From NCBI GenBank assembly GCA_000165345.1, contig CM000429.1, forward strand, positions 800,001 to 864,000: a stretch of 64,000 nt of DNA, read 5' to 3'. Below the pieces are notes generated by a model. That model was not told where the DNA came from and made no database searches. It saw nothing but the letters and a program-made list of their open reading frames with translations. The stretch's first letter is position 1. Each line of letters opens with the position of its first letter. A program made the translations under genes and the position numbers. Shown in pieces: positions 47,536 to 58,404 of this stretch.

Positions 47536-49980
47536 TTAACTTGAATTGACTTTTTTAGCAAAATTCTTCCATTTATTTTCTTGAGAACTTTTGAATTTTT
47601 GGTATTCCTTTCCTAGTCTGTTTTTTGCTTGTTTGCTATCCTCGTTAACCTTCTTCTTATATAATTTTAGATGTTCCTTTGAAAGACCTTTTCTGTCTAC
47701 CATAAAGAACCTCTTTTTTACGGGGTATCCTGCCTTATTCATCATCTCATGTAATGTAAATGCGAGCTTCCTGTGTCTGGATACAAACTTTTGGAATGTA
47801 GGTAACTTTGAAAGATAACCTGATAGTTCACTTTCTAAAATACTTCTAATAGATTTAATCTTTGGATCATAATCATTCAAAGAGAGGTATTTAAGAAGAC
47901 CATATTTGATAGTTTTGCTTCCAAGAGCATTCCTAAGGCTATTGTATTCATTAACTGCAAGATCAATTTGGGAGCTAATTCTCTCAAGCTCCTCACTGCT
48001 GTAATCTCTACTATATTTGCTTGGAAGAAGTTGCAAAATAATTCTAGTCTTTAATGCAAGGAATACAATCTTCTTTGCTGAATCAACCTTGAAGTGCAAA
48101 AGCTTAATAGACTTAACGTATTTTTGAACGAACAAAAGAGCTCTTCTCTTGGCAGCTGTATTGTGGAATTTAAATATGTCAGAAACTTCCTTTATTGTAA
48201 CTTCTCTTGCTTTCTTCATAATATTTAACATTTCAATAGTTTTAGCTTCGACCTTGGCGATACGCTTGAGTACTCTATCTGTTTGGATGAAGTATCTTTG
48301 ATATGGACATGGGGCAGCACATCCAATAGAGACTTGGAACATATCAACAAGAGGAAGAAGTATACCTCTAAGTTGATTAGCAGAATCTTCATTTCTAAAT
48401 GTCTCGGCGTGTAATAATGGAGAGTTGTCTGATTGCGGACTGTTTTGTGTTCTTTCCATAAATTCTTCATGAGAAAACTCATCAGCTCCTACAGATGGTT
48501 CCTTTTCTTCAAGAAGAGATCTATTAAATGAGTTTTCTTCTTCTTGCTCAGGGGCAATTTCAGAACCTGAGTCGCTTGGATCAGAACTTCTTTCAGCTTC
48601 ATTTAAAGTTTGTTGTGGGTCATCAGTTTCATTTTCATTTTCATTTTCTGATTCAGATTCGGTACCAATAATAGGACTTTCTAACTTAGGAGATGTTGAA
48701 GCTTCATTATTTTCAGAATGTTGGGATTCTTTTACTGCATCATTGTCAATACTGCTAACAGATGAAGGAATGGTAACAATCTGAGGTTCAACTTGACCTT
48801 TCACTTCTTCATCAGATGACTGCTCTTCTTGACTAACCTGATTACCTGCAGAAATTGTATTTTCAGATGGAACTACGGCAGTTTTTTCTTTCTCAGATAC
48901 AGTGTTCTCCGAAAGATTACTCATTTCATCTTCAACAGACTTGCTAGATCTCGATTTCTCTGAAAATGGAGGTTTATATAGGTCTGAATCTTCAACTTCC
49001 TCGGATTTTTCCAAAATAATTCCTTCTGATTCTTCCTCAGTGAGGGGTTCTGGTTCTTTGAGAGATTTATCCAAGCTACTTCTAGATTCCTCTACAGTAG
49101 CGTCTTTCTTTGAGGATTCAAAATTTGATGTAATTGGTATAGTGGTTGATCTTTCTCTCTCATTTTCTCTTGGCAGACTTAACTCTTTTGGGACGAATGT
49201 CAACTCATCATATTGTTGGTCTTCCTGGATAGAAGATATTGACTGTTCTTTTTCTCCACTTCTAGAAGTTTCATCGTATTTCAATGTAGGAGATTCAATT
49301 CTTTCTGATTCATATTCACCGGCAAAGCTCTCAGAAGATTTTCTGTTTTTTCCTTTAGCACTTTCATGTATCTTTCTTTGCTTTCTCAAAAGAGCTAACG
49401 CATCTTCTACTGTGTAATTCGGATCTTCCAAAAGCATTATTGACTCTTCCTGGTTCTTTGGACTGTACTCTGACTGGAATTTTTCTTCATGTTCATCCAA
49501 TAATTTCTCGTAATCAGTACTAGATTTTGATTTCTCAACTAATGGTGAGATTGAACCCTCTGATGCTTTGGAAATTGAATACTCAGAAAGTGCTGGGAAA
49601 GTAGGGCTTGCGCTTCTGTCCTGCTTTTCATCCAAATTCTCAGTAAAAAGACCAGATTTCTCCTCCAAGACAGATTGATCACTTTTTGAGGCATCAACGA
49701 AAGAAGGTACATTTCTAGAACTTGCACTTTTGGATGACTCCAATATTGAAGAATCAGATGTCTTTTCAATAGGTGCATCATTCAAAGAACCATCGATCAT
49801 AGTTCGTTCAGGAAATAAAGGAGAACTACTAGATTCCGCACTATTATCCTTGGATTGTTCACTCAAATCATATTTGCTTAATGATACCGTACCTTCAGGC
49901 AATAATGAACTTTCTGAATGAACACCCAAGAAAATGAGGAAAAACCCCAAAATAAATATTTGAAGCTTTCCCGAGATCAT
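47536..49980 (-). CDS. Secreted Ser/Glu-rich low-complexity hypothetical protein
   Basis: Signal peptide MISGKLQIFILGFFLIFLGVHSES; the track start at 49992 is a TTG and the ATG is at 49980. Long acidic Ser/Glu-rich region. The C-terminal ~300 aa are basic and ordered (…CAAPCPYQRYF…). Confidence 0.55.
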   Translation of the reverse strand: MISGKLQIFILGFFLIFLGVHSESSLLPEGTVSLSKYDLSEQSKDNSAESSSSPLFPERTMIDGSLNDAPIEKTSDSSILESSKSASSRNVPSFVDASKSDQSVLEEKSGLFTENLDEKQDRSASPTFPALSEYSISKASEGSISPLVEKSKSSTDYEKLLDEHEEKFQSEYSPKNQEESIMLLEDPNYTVEDALALLRKQRKIHESAKGKNRKSSESFAGEYESERIESPTLKYDETSRSGEKEQSISSIQEDQQYDELTFVPKELSLPRENERERSTTIPITSNFESSKKDATVEESRSSLDKSLKEPEPLTEEESEGIILEKSEEVEDSDLYKPPFSEKSRSSKSVEDEMSNLSENTVSEKEKTAVVPSENTISAGNQVSQEEQSSDEEVKGQVEPQIVTIPSSVSSIDNDAVKESQHSENNEASTSPKLESPIIGTESESENENENETDDPQQTLNEAERSSDPSDSGSEIAPEQEEENSFNRSLLEEKEPSVGADEFSHEEFMERTQNSPQSDNSPLLHAETFRNEDSANQLRGILLPLVDMFQVSIGCAAPCPYQRYFIQTDRVLKRIAKVEAKTIEMLNIMKKAREVTIKEVSDIFKFHNTAAKRRALLFVQKYVKSIKLLHFKVDSAKKIVFLALKTRIILQLLPSKYSRDYSSEELERISSQIDLAVNEYNSLRNALGSKTIKYGLLKYLSLNDYDPKIKSIRSILESELSGYLSKLPTFQKFVSRHRKLAFTLHEMMNKAGYPVKKRFFMVDRKGLSKEHLKLYKKKVNEDSKQAKNRLGKEYQKFKSSQENKWKNFAKKVNSS

Positions 49981-50081
49981 TTTAACTCCCAAAAAAAAGC
50001 TCTACAAATTTTCTTTAACTGAAACATAAAAAGAAATAAACATAAGTAGACTTATAATTTATTTGTAGATCTAGATTTATG

Positions 50082-50092
50082 TTTGCGCGGGC
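50082..50092 (-). promoter_or_regulatory. E2F-like TTTGCGCGGGC ~100 bp upstream of the 818-aa secreted-protein gene (minus strand)
   Basis: Lies in a 175-bp intergenic spacer. Confidence 0.4.
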
Positions 50093-50155
50093 TTTCCATG
50101 CAATAAATTTTTATAAAACCGAGAATAAGAAAAAGAGGGAAACAGCAAAGCTTCA

Positions 50156-53100
50156 TTAAATTTTGAGTTTTTTGGTTATAGGTTTTTGTTTTTTGTTTTT
50201 TGTTTTGTTTTTTGATTCCCACCTTACATTCCCACAGCTTGAAGTGTTTGAAGATAACCCTCGTTTGTCAAGCAACGCTTTAATAGCAGTGGTTGCATGC
50301 ACTCTGTCTATATTCAATTGCTCTTTTAGGAGTTTCCTATTAAATTTTTTGCTAAATATAGGTACTTGATTGGAGAGATAGCCCTTTATAGCATGGTATC
50401 TATTAATATCATCTCTAGTTCCTCCATGTGCTGAAAGGTGGTCTTTAGCAGAAACCTTAAAATCGAATAACTCTAGGATTTGGCTAACCGCCCTTTTCAA
50501 ACTGCCATTTCTAGCAATAAAGTTTATGTATTTCTCATTTCTCCTATAAAAGTCATCCTTCATGATTCCAAGACATTCATTTATTGTAATGTTTCTGCAG
50601 AAAAATCTTACATTATGGTTATAATTATTCTTAAATTCTCTTAGATTATTGTCAAATCGTTCAGACAAGTCCTTTATGGGCTTATAGGGCAAAATTGTAC
50701 TAAAACTCTTTCTTAACAACTCTCTAATCTCCTCTAAATTCCTTCTTAAATTCAAAAATGAATCCAAACTTGCTATTAAGCTAATTGAATAGTTGAAGAT
50801 TGCCTGATAAACATAAAACTCTTCTCTTGAGTAGAAATAAGATAGCTTGTTTTTTTTTGATAGAGAAAAACCTTTAATCTGGTTACCTGTAAATATTAGT
50901 GCTTCTCCTGCAATAGCAGACCAAATCTCCACTGTTTCCAGAAATTCGTGATAAGAATCTTTTATCACATCTATATCACTAGCAGGTATTTTGAAGTCAT
51001 CAGATACTTTCTTATATATATCTGTTATATTCATTGCTAGTTTTTCAAGAGATTTTTCTATAAACTCTGGATCTTTATATTCGTCTGGAATTCTTTGATC
51101 TTCTAAATCCACCTCTGAAAGGGGATGAGGCTCATCGCTATCTGGAGTCTTCATATTGGCATACATTTCAAGATGTTTCTTCGATACAATATCATTAATT
51201 TCATCATTTTGCGGAAGAGAAATAGGAACTTCAAGACCTTTATGTTTATTTAAACCAATATCTTTGGACATAATGGATGAGCCCTTTGGAATTGTAGTAT
51301 TTGTAACAACTGGCGGACGGGCAGAATTTTCTTCAGACAATTCTTCACTGAATTCTTCTGAATTTTCACTAAATTGACTGTTTTTTTCCTTGTCAATAAC
51401 CCCTGCATTAAAGTTCTGGTTTGTTTTGCCTACTAAAGTTGCAGGTTTAGCATTTCTAGGCATTATTTTGAGGTTTCTTTTAATTTGTTCGTCAACAAGA
51501 TCCAGATTTGAGAATTCATTTTCATTTGTTCCTTCTTTATTTATATCGGCAAATTGCTTGAGATGTTTTCTAATTAATAGATCTGCCTCATCAAATTGAT
51601 CTGATTCTTTTTTTTTCTCTTTTACTGGGCTTTCTTCATGATGATGCTTGAAAACTTGACTTACCTCGAACCCATCAATAGAATTTTCTTCATCATTATC
51701 AGTCATAACTCCGTAAACCTTATTTTGCCCAAATAAAATGGATCCAAAGTATGCGGAGATGCATTCTTCAACTTCTTTTGATGAAATTGGCATATTAAGT
51801 ATTGAGGAGCATTGCACAGAAGAAAGAGTTTCTAATCCCTTTAATGCTGCCTTTATTAGAACATCTTGAAAACCCGAAGTTGTTCTAGTTGCAATAAGAT
51901 TTCGTTGTATCCAAACATATCCACCTTCATTTTTATCATGAGATTTAATAGCAGAGTTAAAGTCAAGCTCAACATAAGTTGATTCTTTCTTTTTTGAATT
52001 GGAAGTTATATCATGTTTCTTATAAGAATCAGAAAGCTCGTCAAATGACCCTTGGTGGAAAATTGGAATACTCTTCATAACTCCGTCAATATTTTGTGCC
52101 TTCCATTTCTTAATAATTCGATCTTCAAAAACTATGGCCTTCGATCTGGTATTCAATTTAAGGTTAAGCGTAGGGATTCCAAAGGCAATGTTTTTCTCTG
52201 AGATTTTGTTGGACTTGACTGCGTTGAGTAAGTCAGTAAATACTGAACTAACGTCTTGTAAAAGTGCTTTTTGAGTTTTTACCTTCTTACCAAGAGGATA
52301 TTTTGCACTAAGAATATTTGTTTCTTTCTGATCGAATTTTTCTCCATACCCTCCATTATTATTCCTCAAATGACGATCTCTGTAATCTAAATATTGGTTA
52401 TACTCATCCTCACTAGCAAATTCAAATTCATCATTATATTCTTCCTCAAAGTCCTCGTCTTCTTCGGGAGAATGCTCATTTTCGAAATCAGCTTCAATAT
52501 TGTTTGTAATTTCTTCCTTCTCTCTATAGTTCTTAGCGTCTTCTTCCAGCTCTGTATTGCCTTGCATGTATTCAAGAGAAGTAATAGGGATTTCTAATGG
52601 TTGATGACCAGGGGGTGGACCAATTGTTCCCTCAGAAGCTTGTTCTAAAACTCTTTCTTCTGAGAGAGGATTTGACAAGTTATTATTTTCAATTTGAGTT
52701 TCTTGGTCCTCATTATTGTTCTCAAGTTCGGGAGAGGAAACTGAAGGTTGAGTCTCAATTTGTGAAACAGGTGGGCTTTGAATTGTAATTTCTTCTTCTT
52801 CGTTAAGTCTGCTCGCAATATCAATATCTCCAATATCTTCATTTAGCTCATGCTTGGCATCTATGTTTGAAAGAGTCTCATTGTTTAATGCTTGATAATC
52901 CTCAGTAGATACAGAAGCTTCAGAATCCAAATCTAATGAATCTTTTCCAATCTTATTAATCTGAGAAACTCTGATGTCTGAGAAATTTGGCATCGCTGAA
53001 GAAAATTGTGGATGAGCATTTGCACCAGTTGTGACTAATAAAGTTTCAGGAAGTTCATTTGAAACTTCCGGAAAAGCAGCTGAATTAGAAGTAGATGATT

Positions 53101-53974
53101 GCTTTAGGTCACCTTCTGGGAAAGGAGGAGTTTTTGAGTAATCACTGTCAAAGAACCTCTGATCTTTGAACTCTTCAAATTCAGATTCACTTAGAATTAG
53201 CGATGGCTTTTGAGTGGTAACTGGCTTGTCTTCTGCATTAATGACTTTCTCTTTAAGATTTGTAAGCTCAGCAGAAGATTCAACAAAAGGAATAGAAGAA
53301 GAGGGAAGAGTTTTACTGATTTCTTTCTCAATTGGAGTTCTTTCTTTTTCTTGAACAATATTATGAGAATGCTTTTTCTCACTGAGAGCTTGTTTTCTTT
53401 TAATTGTAGATTCAACAACACCATGCATTTTCAGAGCTGCAACAATCACCTTATCAGTGAAAGGATTAAATTTATTTCCATATTTGCGATTAATATTCTC
53501 GATAAACTTTGTTATAACAGGTGAATCTAACATATCTGGCCCACATAAAAATACTGAAAATCTAATATCATTAATAATTCTAAGAGCTTTAGGATATTTA
53601 TTCATTCTCCCCATAATATCGGTCCAAGCACTATTTTCTGGAGGAATCACATTTGAAATTTGAAGCCTAAGCCTTGCTGGAGATGTTAAAATGACCTTTC
53701 TAACAATCTCTAATTTAAACTCATCAAGGGTATATGGAATTCCATTTTTCTTTACTGGCCAGGGACCATCAATTGCTTTAATTAACAAATCAGCGTACAA
53801 ATATGCTCCTTTAGTAATAAATGGAGTTGAAGTTACATAATATTGGTTACCCTTTCTCCCACAAAGAATTATATCAAGCTGGTCTATTGCATTAACAATG
53901 CTATTCTGCAAAATAAAAAATGCATAAAAAACAAAGACAGCAAACTTGCTGAGTTTAGACAAGTTACAGATCAT
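50156..53974 (-). CDS. Large secreted hypothetical protein (1272 aa)
   Basis: Signal peptide MICNLSKLSKFAVFVFYAFFILQNSIVNA. Structured N- and C-terminal domains flank an acidic low-complexity middle. No family recognised. Confidence 0.55.
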   Translation of the reverse strand: MICNLSKLSKFAVFVFYAFFILQNSIVNAIDQLDIILCGRKGNQYYVTSTPFITKGAYLYADLLIKAIDGPWPVKKNGIPYTLDEFKLEIVRKVILTSPARLRLQISNVIPPENSAWTDIMGRMNKYPKALRIINDIRFSVFLCGPDMLDSPVITKFIENINRKYGNKFNPFTDKVIVAALKMHGVVESTIKRKQALSEKKHSHNIVQEKERTPIEKEISKTLPSSSIPFVESSAELTNLKEKVINAEDKPVTTQKPSLILSESEFEEFKDQRFFDSDYSKTPPFPEGDLKQSSTSNSAAFPEVSNELPETLLVTTGANAHPQFSSAMPNFSDIRVSQINKIGKDSLDLDSEASVSTEDYQALNNETLSNIDAKHELNEDIGDIDIASRLNEEEEITIQSPPVSQIETQPSVSSPELENNNEDQETQIENNNLSNPLSEERVLEQASEGTIGPPPGHQPLEIPITSLEYMQGNTELEEDAKNYREKEEITNNIEADFENEHSPEEDEDFEEEYNDEFEFASEDEYNQYLDYRDRHLRNNNGGYGEKFDQKETNILSAKYPLGKKVKTQKALLQDVSSVFTDLLNAVKSNKISEKNIAFGIPTLNLKLNTRSKAIVFEDRIIKKWKAQNIDGVMKSIPIFHQGSFDELSDSYKKHDITSNSKKKESTYVELDFNSAIKSHDKNEGGYVWIQRNLIATRTTSGFQDVLIKAALKGLETLSSVQCSSILNMPISSKEVEECISAYFGSILFGQNKVYGVMTDNDEENSIDGFEVSQVFKHHHEESPVKEKKKESDQFDEADLLIRKHLKQFADINKEGTNENEFSNLDLVDEQIKRNLKIMPRNAKPATLVGKTNQNFNAGVIDKEKNSQFSENSEEFSEELSEENSARPPVVTNTTIPKGSSIMSKDIGLNKHKGLEVPISLPQNDEINDIVSKKHLEMYANMKTPDSDEPHPLSEVDLEDQRIPDEYKDPEFIEKSLEKLAMNITDIYKKVSDDFKIPASDIDVIKDSYHEFLETVEIWSAIAGEALIFTGNQIKGFSLSKKNKLSYFYSREEFYVYQAIFNYSISLIASLDSFLNLRRNLEEIRELLRKSFSTILPYKPIKDLSERFDNNLREFKNNYNHNVRFFCRNITINECLGIMKDDFYRRNEKYINFIARNGSLKRAVSQILELFDFKVSAKDHLSAHGGTRDDINRYHAIKGYLSNQVPIFSKKFNRKLLKEQLNIDRVHATTAIKALLDKRGLSSNTSSCGNVRWESKNKTKNKKQKPITKKLKI

Positions 53975-54079
53975 TAATTCTTGTCAATAGAAGCATTTAC
54001 CGTCTAATTTCGTTTTTTTCTGTACTTTTTTTCGCCCTAGCTCTTAATCTAAATTTTTTTTCTCACAATTAGATCTACA

Positions 54080-54099
54080 CTGGCGCCTTGGCGGGAATT
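54080..54099. promoter_or_regulatory. Tandem E2F-like sites CTGGCGCCTTGGCGGGAATT in the divergent promoter (1272-aa secreted gene / 190-aa gene)
   Basis: GGCGCC immediately followed by GGCGGGAA. Confidence 0.5.
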
Positions 54100-54755
54100 A
54101 AGAGATCAATATTCATATTTATAATTCAAAGGTCAAAAAGCAAAGATAATTACTTTAAATTTCATTATTTTCTTAAATATAAATTATTTATTCGGATTCC
54201 CCCTGAGATTTAGACGATTATTTGTACTTATACACTCCACAAGTTGATAGTGAATCTAAACGCCTCTATTTAACAGTGCAAAGCTCGATAGTCACATAAA
54301 TTCAAACTTAATTGATTAAATATAAAGCCAAAGTTCTAGTTCTGTTCAGCATTGATTTATTATGCATTATAACTATAATTCTAAACGCTTCCTTTTGTTT
54401 CGAAACATTTTATTTCTGTAAAAGGAAAGTTAACTTTATTTGTGGAAAGTTAATTCTTGTTTTATTCTTGAATGAATTCGAACAGAATATAAGTTATTAG
54501 TTATATCTGACTCTTTGAAAACATTAATAAACAAGAATTCATAAAAATTATTCCAAATTTGTGTGTGCACACATATTTAAAGTAAATATGTGCAATCTTT
54601 GTGTTCATGGAAGCTTAATAGTAACTATTTAAAATTTATGTTTTTATGAATTCAAAAATCAATACAAAGTAATTGTATTTTTAAACCATATATCAGATAT
54701 GGTGTAATATAGAATAGTAATTAAACTAAGAATTACCAAAAAAAATATATGTACA

Positions 54756-55328
54756 ATGTTTTCGTGCTTTAGGTCATGCAGTGAATCACCATTCTGTCTT
54801 CTTTTTGGGTTTAAGGAGGAGAAATCAAACAACTATGGGACAGATAGATCACAGAGAGCACTGAGCTCTAAGATGTCAGAAGCCTCCGATGTGAAGGAAA
54901 AGAAAAAGAAACAAAAACAACTGTTCAATAGGAGAACAGCTGATGAAATTCTCACTATTTGCAGATCTTGGGAAAACTACATACATCCTAGGGCAAAGGA
55001 TTTCTGGAAGTCGTCGGAACAAGTATATGAAATTTTATCTAATATAGCGAGTAACATTGACCGCAGTGACGATCCAATCACAAGCGGAGAGGAACAATGC
55101 GTAAGATGGCATGGAGAATTAGAAGCAGAAGATGGGGCGCCAGTTATCAGGATACTCAAGCCTGGGGAAACTGATGAATGCCAAACCTATGTAAATAGAA
55201 TATTAGCATTTCTATACGCGGACGATGAGAGTTTCCTGGAACTACAGAAAAAGCCGCCTGTAGCATTCAAGAATGTCTGCGAGGATCCTATTTGTATTAA
55301 TTTGACACATATCTCTTTAGAAGAATAA
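54756..55328 (+). CDS. Hypothetical protein (190 aa; alternative start at the ATG at 54873)
   Basis: Single ORF with ATG start. A Lys-rich patch is followed by a globular region (…ILTICRSWENYIHPRAKDFWKSSEQVYEIL…). No family recognised. Confidence 0.45.
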   Translation: MFSCFRSCSESPFCLLFGFKEEKSNNYGTDRSQRALSSKMSEASDVKEKKKKQKQLFNRRTADEILTICRSWENYIHPRAKDFWKSSEQVYEILSNIASNIDRSDDPITSGEEQCVRWHGELEAEDGAPVIRILKPGETDECQTYVNRILAFLYADDESFLELQKKPPVAFKNVCEDPICINLTHISLEE

Positions 55329-55340
55329 TATTAGTTGGAT

Positions 55341-55380
55341 TAATTGCGCCAAATTAATTCTAAATAGTTGGCGCTTAAAC
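55341..55380. promoter_or_regulatory. Two E2F-like sites (AATTGCGCCAAATT ... AGTTGGCGCTTAAAC) upstream of the 912-aa secreted-protein gene
   Basis: TTGCGCCAAA and TTGGCGCTTAAA are 12 bp apart. Confidence 0.45.
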
Positions 55381-55665
55381 GTAGACGAGTATCGCGTAAG
55401 ATTTTTATTATCTTATGCGCAATACCGGGGAGAAATATTTTTATATTTAGTGCCATTTAATTAAAATAAACAACACATTTAGGGGGGGAATAGTTAATTT
55501 ACGTAAGAAAGTTTCTATTTAATTTGTTACATTAATTGTTAAAGTTTTACTAAATCTTGTCTTAATAATTCTTTGATTGGTAATAATTTTAGACAATACA
55601 GACATTAACTTCTCATTAACCGTATTCTTCAGAAAATTTGGTTTTATTAATATTGGTTAATTGAG

Positions 55666-58404
55666 ATGAAGTTTTCTAAGTACTCTAAGATTTCCCTTGG
55701 TTTGTTAGCCGGTGCATTTGCAACAGCTACTTCCGTATTTAGTCATCCAGTATACATTTCAGAATGGGCTTCTGAAATTAGAAGCATTGTAGCTAGTAAA
55801 AATCTTAAAATCGAGGCCCCTGAACAACTCGAACAAGTACTTCTCAGTGGAATTAACTTTGATAGTTTTGATGCCTCTTGCTCTGCATTATTACAGAAAG
55901 TTATCAAAGAGATAAGTTTTGATTCAACACCCTTAAACTTGGAATCCGCTTTGGACATCTGTGCTGTAATCAACCCATGGAATTCCATGGAATGTAGTGG
56001 TATTACTGGAGTTACAGCTTCATATGCCAGATCTCTTCAAGAGTTTGTTCGCATTAGAGATAGCTCAAAAGGTGATTTAAGAGCTGCTTGTTTGGTTGCA
56101 TCCGCGATTGCACCAGGAAGACCATTCGCTCCTTTAATTAAGGGTTCTATTAAATCAAAGTGCCAAGAAGTTTGCTCGGGACCTCTTTCAAAGTCAATCT
56201 CCGCAATTGACCCATCATTCTGTAGTTTGTCTATTGACTTGTGCAATTCAGTTGACTTCTCCCTATATGCCGCTTTCAGTTCCTTCAACGAGAGAGAGCT
56301 TGGTATTGCAGTCGCAGTGTCAGTACTGTTATCTGAGGGAAGTGCCGGACTTAGAACATCTTTCCGCGAGGGATGCAGATTCGTCCACTTCCTTAAGAAC
56401 AAGGGATCATTACCAACTGCATCATCAGAGGTCTCAGAGTCTGACTTATTATCAAATATTTCGGAGTTCTATAGATCCAAACTCGTTGAATCTGGTTTGT
56501 TGCCTGCAACCGACTCTAATTTAAGATCAGGCGATGCAGTCTTCTTAAAAGTTTTGAACTCACAGGTTGCTAGAGCAATCATAACTGTCCTTGAAGCACA
56601 AATCCCAAAGAAGCAAGCTGATGTCAGACCAAAGAAACCTACAATAGCCAGCACCCACATCACCTCTTCTGAGGTTTCACCATTATCTGAAGCTTCAGAT
56701 TCATTATCCACCGAAGTCAAGATACAGTCTTTCACTGAGACTGGACAGACTTCTACCTCTCCAGTTTTAGAATCATGGTTTGAAACCATTAAGCAATCAA
56801 TCAAGAAAGGTACAAAGGACATTGATAGAGAGTTCGATGATGCCCTTAATAAAGCAATTGCGCGTTTCGATCCCTCTTCAGTGTATTTCTCATGTGTCTC
56901 TGAATTGAAGAGATTCAGTTTGGGTTCTCATAGAAGAATAACTGAAGCATGCCGCAAGATTGATCCATTCTCCCACGTTAAGTGTCAGAAGCTTAACCAT
57001 TTTGAACTTATGGCCATGATCAAACTGAGAGAGGAACTCGAGAAGCATGGAAGAGATATTGTTGTCGATCTCAGGGACTTGTGCACTGTTGCTTCCAAGA
57101 TGTCTATGGAATCTTTCCTTAGAACAAGAGATGAGGAGCTTTCTAGCATGTGCATTAGAACACTTAAAAAGAGTAGCTTCAAGAGTAAGTATCCCATTTC
57201 TGAAAGAGGAATTAAGAAGGCATGTATCAAGTTTGATTACTTCAGAACCTCTTCTTGTGGTAATTTAGTGTCTAACTACCCAGAAAAAGTCAACTTCGTC
57301 TTATCTCTTGCAAGTAACATGTTTGACAAGAGAACTGACAAGGAGCGTCTCCAGATTATTAGAGAATCTGAATTCAGCACTCCTTCTTATGCTGATATTT
57401 GTAATTCAGTTGAAAGAGTTCCAGTTGAAACTGTTGAAGAGTGCATATTCGAACTCAGAGACTCACTATCTAAGTTCAAATCCATTGCATCTTTACTCAA
57501 CATTGAGGGTGCATGCATTGCTTCATTAGAGGAAACTCCATTCGGTCGTTACCCACATTACCCACATTACCCACCTTACCCGGATACTCAGTTTGACCGC
57601 TATCCACAATCAATTTACCCAGGTCACTTACACCGCCCTGTGATCCCAAAGAAGTCTGTTAGAAGATTCTATAAGGATATCGAGTTCCAACCACAATTTC
57701 CCTCTCAACATTGGCTCAGAACAGAGCTCCCAGACATTTTGGAACAACGTGCACCTTTCTTAGAACAGGAATATTCTGAATCCAGAAAGGGTTACTACAA
57801 GGATCAAGAAGGCAGGCCTGTATATCATGATGGTTACAGATACAGACTTAATGGCAATTGGTACGTCAAGCTTGGCGAAATGTGGTATATCGACAATTCC
57901 TCCTCTTTGGATTTTATCAAAATTTCACCAGGCGACCCAAGACACAGTAATTACCCGCTTTCTTTCTATGAGAAATCTCCATCTGATCCTAAGGGCCCAT
58001 TAAGGAGAAAATCTTTTGCAACATACCTTTCTCCACAATCATCTTATTACTATCCTGGAAGTAGCAATTATCTTTATACACTCTATGGTAAGCGTCCAGG
58101 TCAAGGATATTATCCTACAGGTGCTCACCATCCATTCTACAGTAAATGTGAAAAGTGTCACAATTGGATCCCATATGGACACGCACATGAACATGATGCA
58201 GTACAAATGAAAAAGTCTCTTTCTCGCTTCGAAGAGAAGCTCCCATCAACGAAAGATGAATCTGCGATTGGAGGCGGCTACGTTACAGTTACTAATGAAT
58301 ATGATGGAGATGGGAAACTTATTGTTAAGACAGTGGAGAAAACTGCGTTACCTGAAGCAAATCCACCCCAAGGCAAGCGCGAGGTTGGCGTTCAAGTTGG
58401 ATAA
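55666..58404 (+). CDS. Secreted hypothetical protein with Pro/Tyr-rich C-terminal region
   Basis: Signal peptide MKFSKYSKISLGLLAGAFATATSVFS. About 20 Cys scattered through the N-terminal two-thirds. The C-terminus carries YPHYPHYPPYP and multiple Y/P/G-rich short repeats. Confidence 0.55.
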   Translation: MKFSKYSKISLGLLAGAFATATSVFSHPVYISEWASEIRSIVASKNLKIEAPEQLEQVLLSGINFDSFDASCSALLQKVIKEISFDSTPLNLESALDICAVINPWNSMECSGITGVTASYARSLQEFVRIRDSSKGDLRAACLVASAIAPGRPFAPLIKGSIKSKCQEVCSGPLSKSISAIDPSFCSLSIDLCNSVDFSLYAAFSSFNERELGIAVAVSVLLSEGSAGLRTSFREGCRFVHFLKNKGSLPTASSEVSESDLLSNISEFYRSKLVESGLLPATDSNLRSGDAVFLKVLNSQVARAIITVLEAQIPKKQADVRPKKPTIASTHITSSEVSPLSEASDSLSTEVKIQSFTETGQTSTSPVLESWFETIKQSIKKGTKDIDREFDDALNKAIARFDPSSVYFSCVSELKRFSLGSHRRITEACRKIDPFSHVKCQKLNHFELMAMIKLREELEKHGRDIVVDLRDLCTVASKMSMESFLRTRDEELSSMCIRTLKKSSFKSKYPISERGIKKACIKFDYFRTSSCGNLVSNYPEKVNFVLSLASNMFDKRTDKERLQIIRESEFSTPSYADICNSVERVPVETVEECIFELRDSLSKFKSIASLLNIEGACIASLEETPFGRYPHYPHYPPYPDTQFDRYPQSIYPGHLHRPVIPKKSVRRFYKDIEFQPQFPSQHWLRTELPDILEQRAPFLEQEYSESRKGYYKDQEGRPVYHDGYRYRLNGNWYVKLGEMWYIDNSSSLDFIKISPGDPRHSNYPLSFYEKSPSDPKGPLRRKSFATYLSPQSSYYYPGSSNYLYTLYGKRPGQGYYPTGAHHPFYSKCEKCHNWIPYGHAHEHDAVQMKKSLSRFEEKLPSTKDESAIGGGYVTVTNEYDGDGKLIVKTVEKTALPEANPPQGKREVGVQVG

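Noticed and set aside
50160-50215. (TTTTTG)n-like run at 50170-50215
   Set aside because: It lies inside the C-terminal Lys-rich coding end of the minus-strand 1272-aa gene (encoding ...NKKQKPITKKLKI). It is not an independent element.
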